Virus record (IMG/VR): IMGVR_UViG_2698536506_000004
Origin: a virus
Lineage: Duplodnaviria > Heunggongvirae > Uroviricota > Caudoviricetes
DNA length: 5,554 bases
Strand: one strand, 5' to 3'
In this document: piece by piece, positions 5,090 to 5,554 of the stretch
How positions within the stretch are numbered: position 1 is the stretch's first letter
How the letters are laid out: each line of letters starts with the position of its first letter
Notes under the pieces: model-generated
Told to the model about the DNA's origin: nothing
The model's database searches: none
What the model saw: only the letters and a program-made list of their open reading frames with translations
Made by a program: the position numbers and the translations under genes

Positions 5090-5554
5090 ACGGGGAACTG
5101 GTGGATATTCATGGGCAGCCTTTACGGCAAAGCATGGGATATTCTGGTGGTGGTTCCGGGTTCGGTGGGCAAATGGCAGAATGGCTGCCTGCACCGGAAA
5201 GTGCCGACGTGGCGCTCTTACCTTCCATTCATCTGGGTAACGCCCGCGCGGATGATCTGGTCCGTAACAACGGTATTGCATCGAATGCAGTGGAAATTCA
5301 TAAGGATCATATTGTCGGGCACATGTTTCGTCTGAGTTACCGTCCCAACTGGCGCTGGCTGGGGATGTCGGAAGCAGATTCACATGCTTTTATTGAAGAT
5401 GTTGAGGCGGCGTGGATGGAATACTGCGATCCGGTGTTTGGTACGATGGATGTGGAAGGGCGTCGTTCGTTTACCGAATTCATTCGTGAAGGGGTGGGGG
5501 TCCATACGTTTAACGGTGAAATTTTTGTCCAGCCCGTATGGGATGCGGAATCCA
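5086..5554 (+). CDS. B: Portal protein (lambda gpB homolog), 5' part; continues beyond window end
   Basis: Frame 1 is open to the window end. Product ...GYSGGGSGFGGQ...LGNARADDLVRNNGIASNAVEIHKDHIVGHMFRLSYRPNWRWLG...GRRSFTEFIREGVGVHTFNGEIFVQPVWD matches the lambda gpB N-terminal region (GYHGGGSGFGGQ...RGNARADDLVRNNGYAANAIQLHQDHIVGSFFRLSHRPSWRYLG...FNGELFVQATWD). Start assigned to GTG 5086, which overlaps the W stop as GTGA and has AGGAG (5074-5078) at 7-nt spacing; GTG 5101 and ATG 5134 are alternatives. Confidence 0.88.
   Translation, partial: MNGELVDIHGQPLRQSMGYSGGGSGFGGQMAEWLPAPESADVALLPSIHLGNARADDLVRNNGIASNAVEIHKDHIVGHMFRLSYRPNWRWLGMSEADSHAFIEDVEAAWMEYCDPVFGTMDVEGRRSFTEFIREGVGVHTFNGEIFVQPVWDAES

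Noticed and set aside
5098-5152. Chi-like sequences (ACTGGTGG near 5098, TCTGGTGG near 5143 and 2526)
   Set aside because: None is an exact GCTGGTGG; near-matches are not functional Chi sites.

Overview
This window reads as a lambda-like (lambdoid) phage or prophage segment with every supported gene on the + strand. In order: the end of a lysis cassette (a holin-like two-TMD membrane protein, then a GH108-type endolysin whose middle is hidden by a 307-nt run of N, 374-680); a ~1.5 kb cluster of five small accessory (moron-like) genes at 800-2196, each with its own Shine-Dalgarno sequence and two followed by intrinsic terminators; a cos packaging site at ~2221-2415 that is colinear with the phage lambda right-end/left-end junction (cosQ-like block, cosN, cosB with R3/I1-like/R2/R1 elements); then the packaging and head genes Nu1 (terminase small subunit), A (terminase large subunit), W and the 5' part of B (portal). 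The Nu1/A/W/B calls rest on strong similarity to lambda proteins recalled from memory, not on a database search. The small-gene cluster between endolysin and cos is the part most likely to hold something undescribed: I do not recognise any of the five products, and they include three cysteine-containing soluble proteins and a translationally coupled membrane-protein/lipoprotein pair. No rRNA, tRNA, CRISPR array or transposase was seen.
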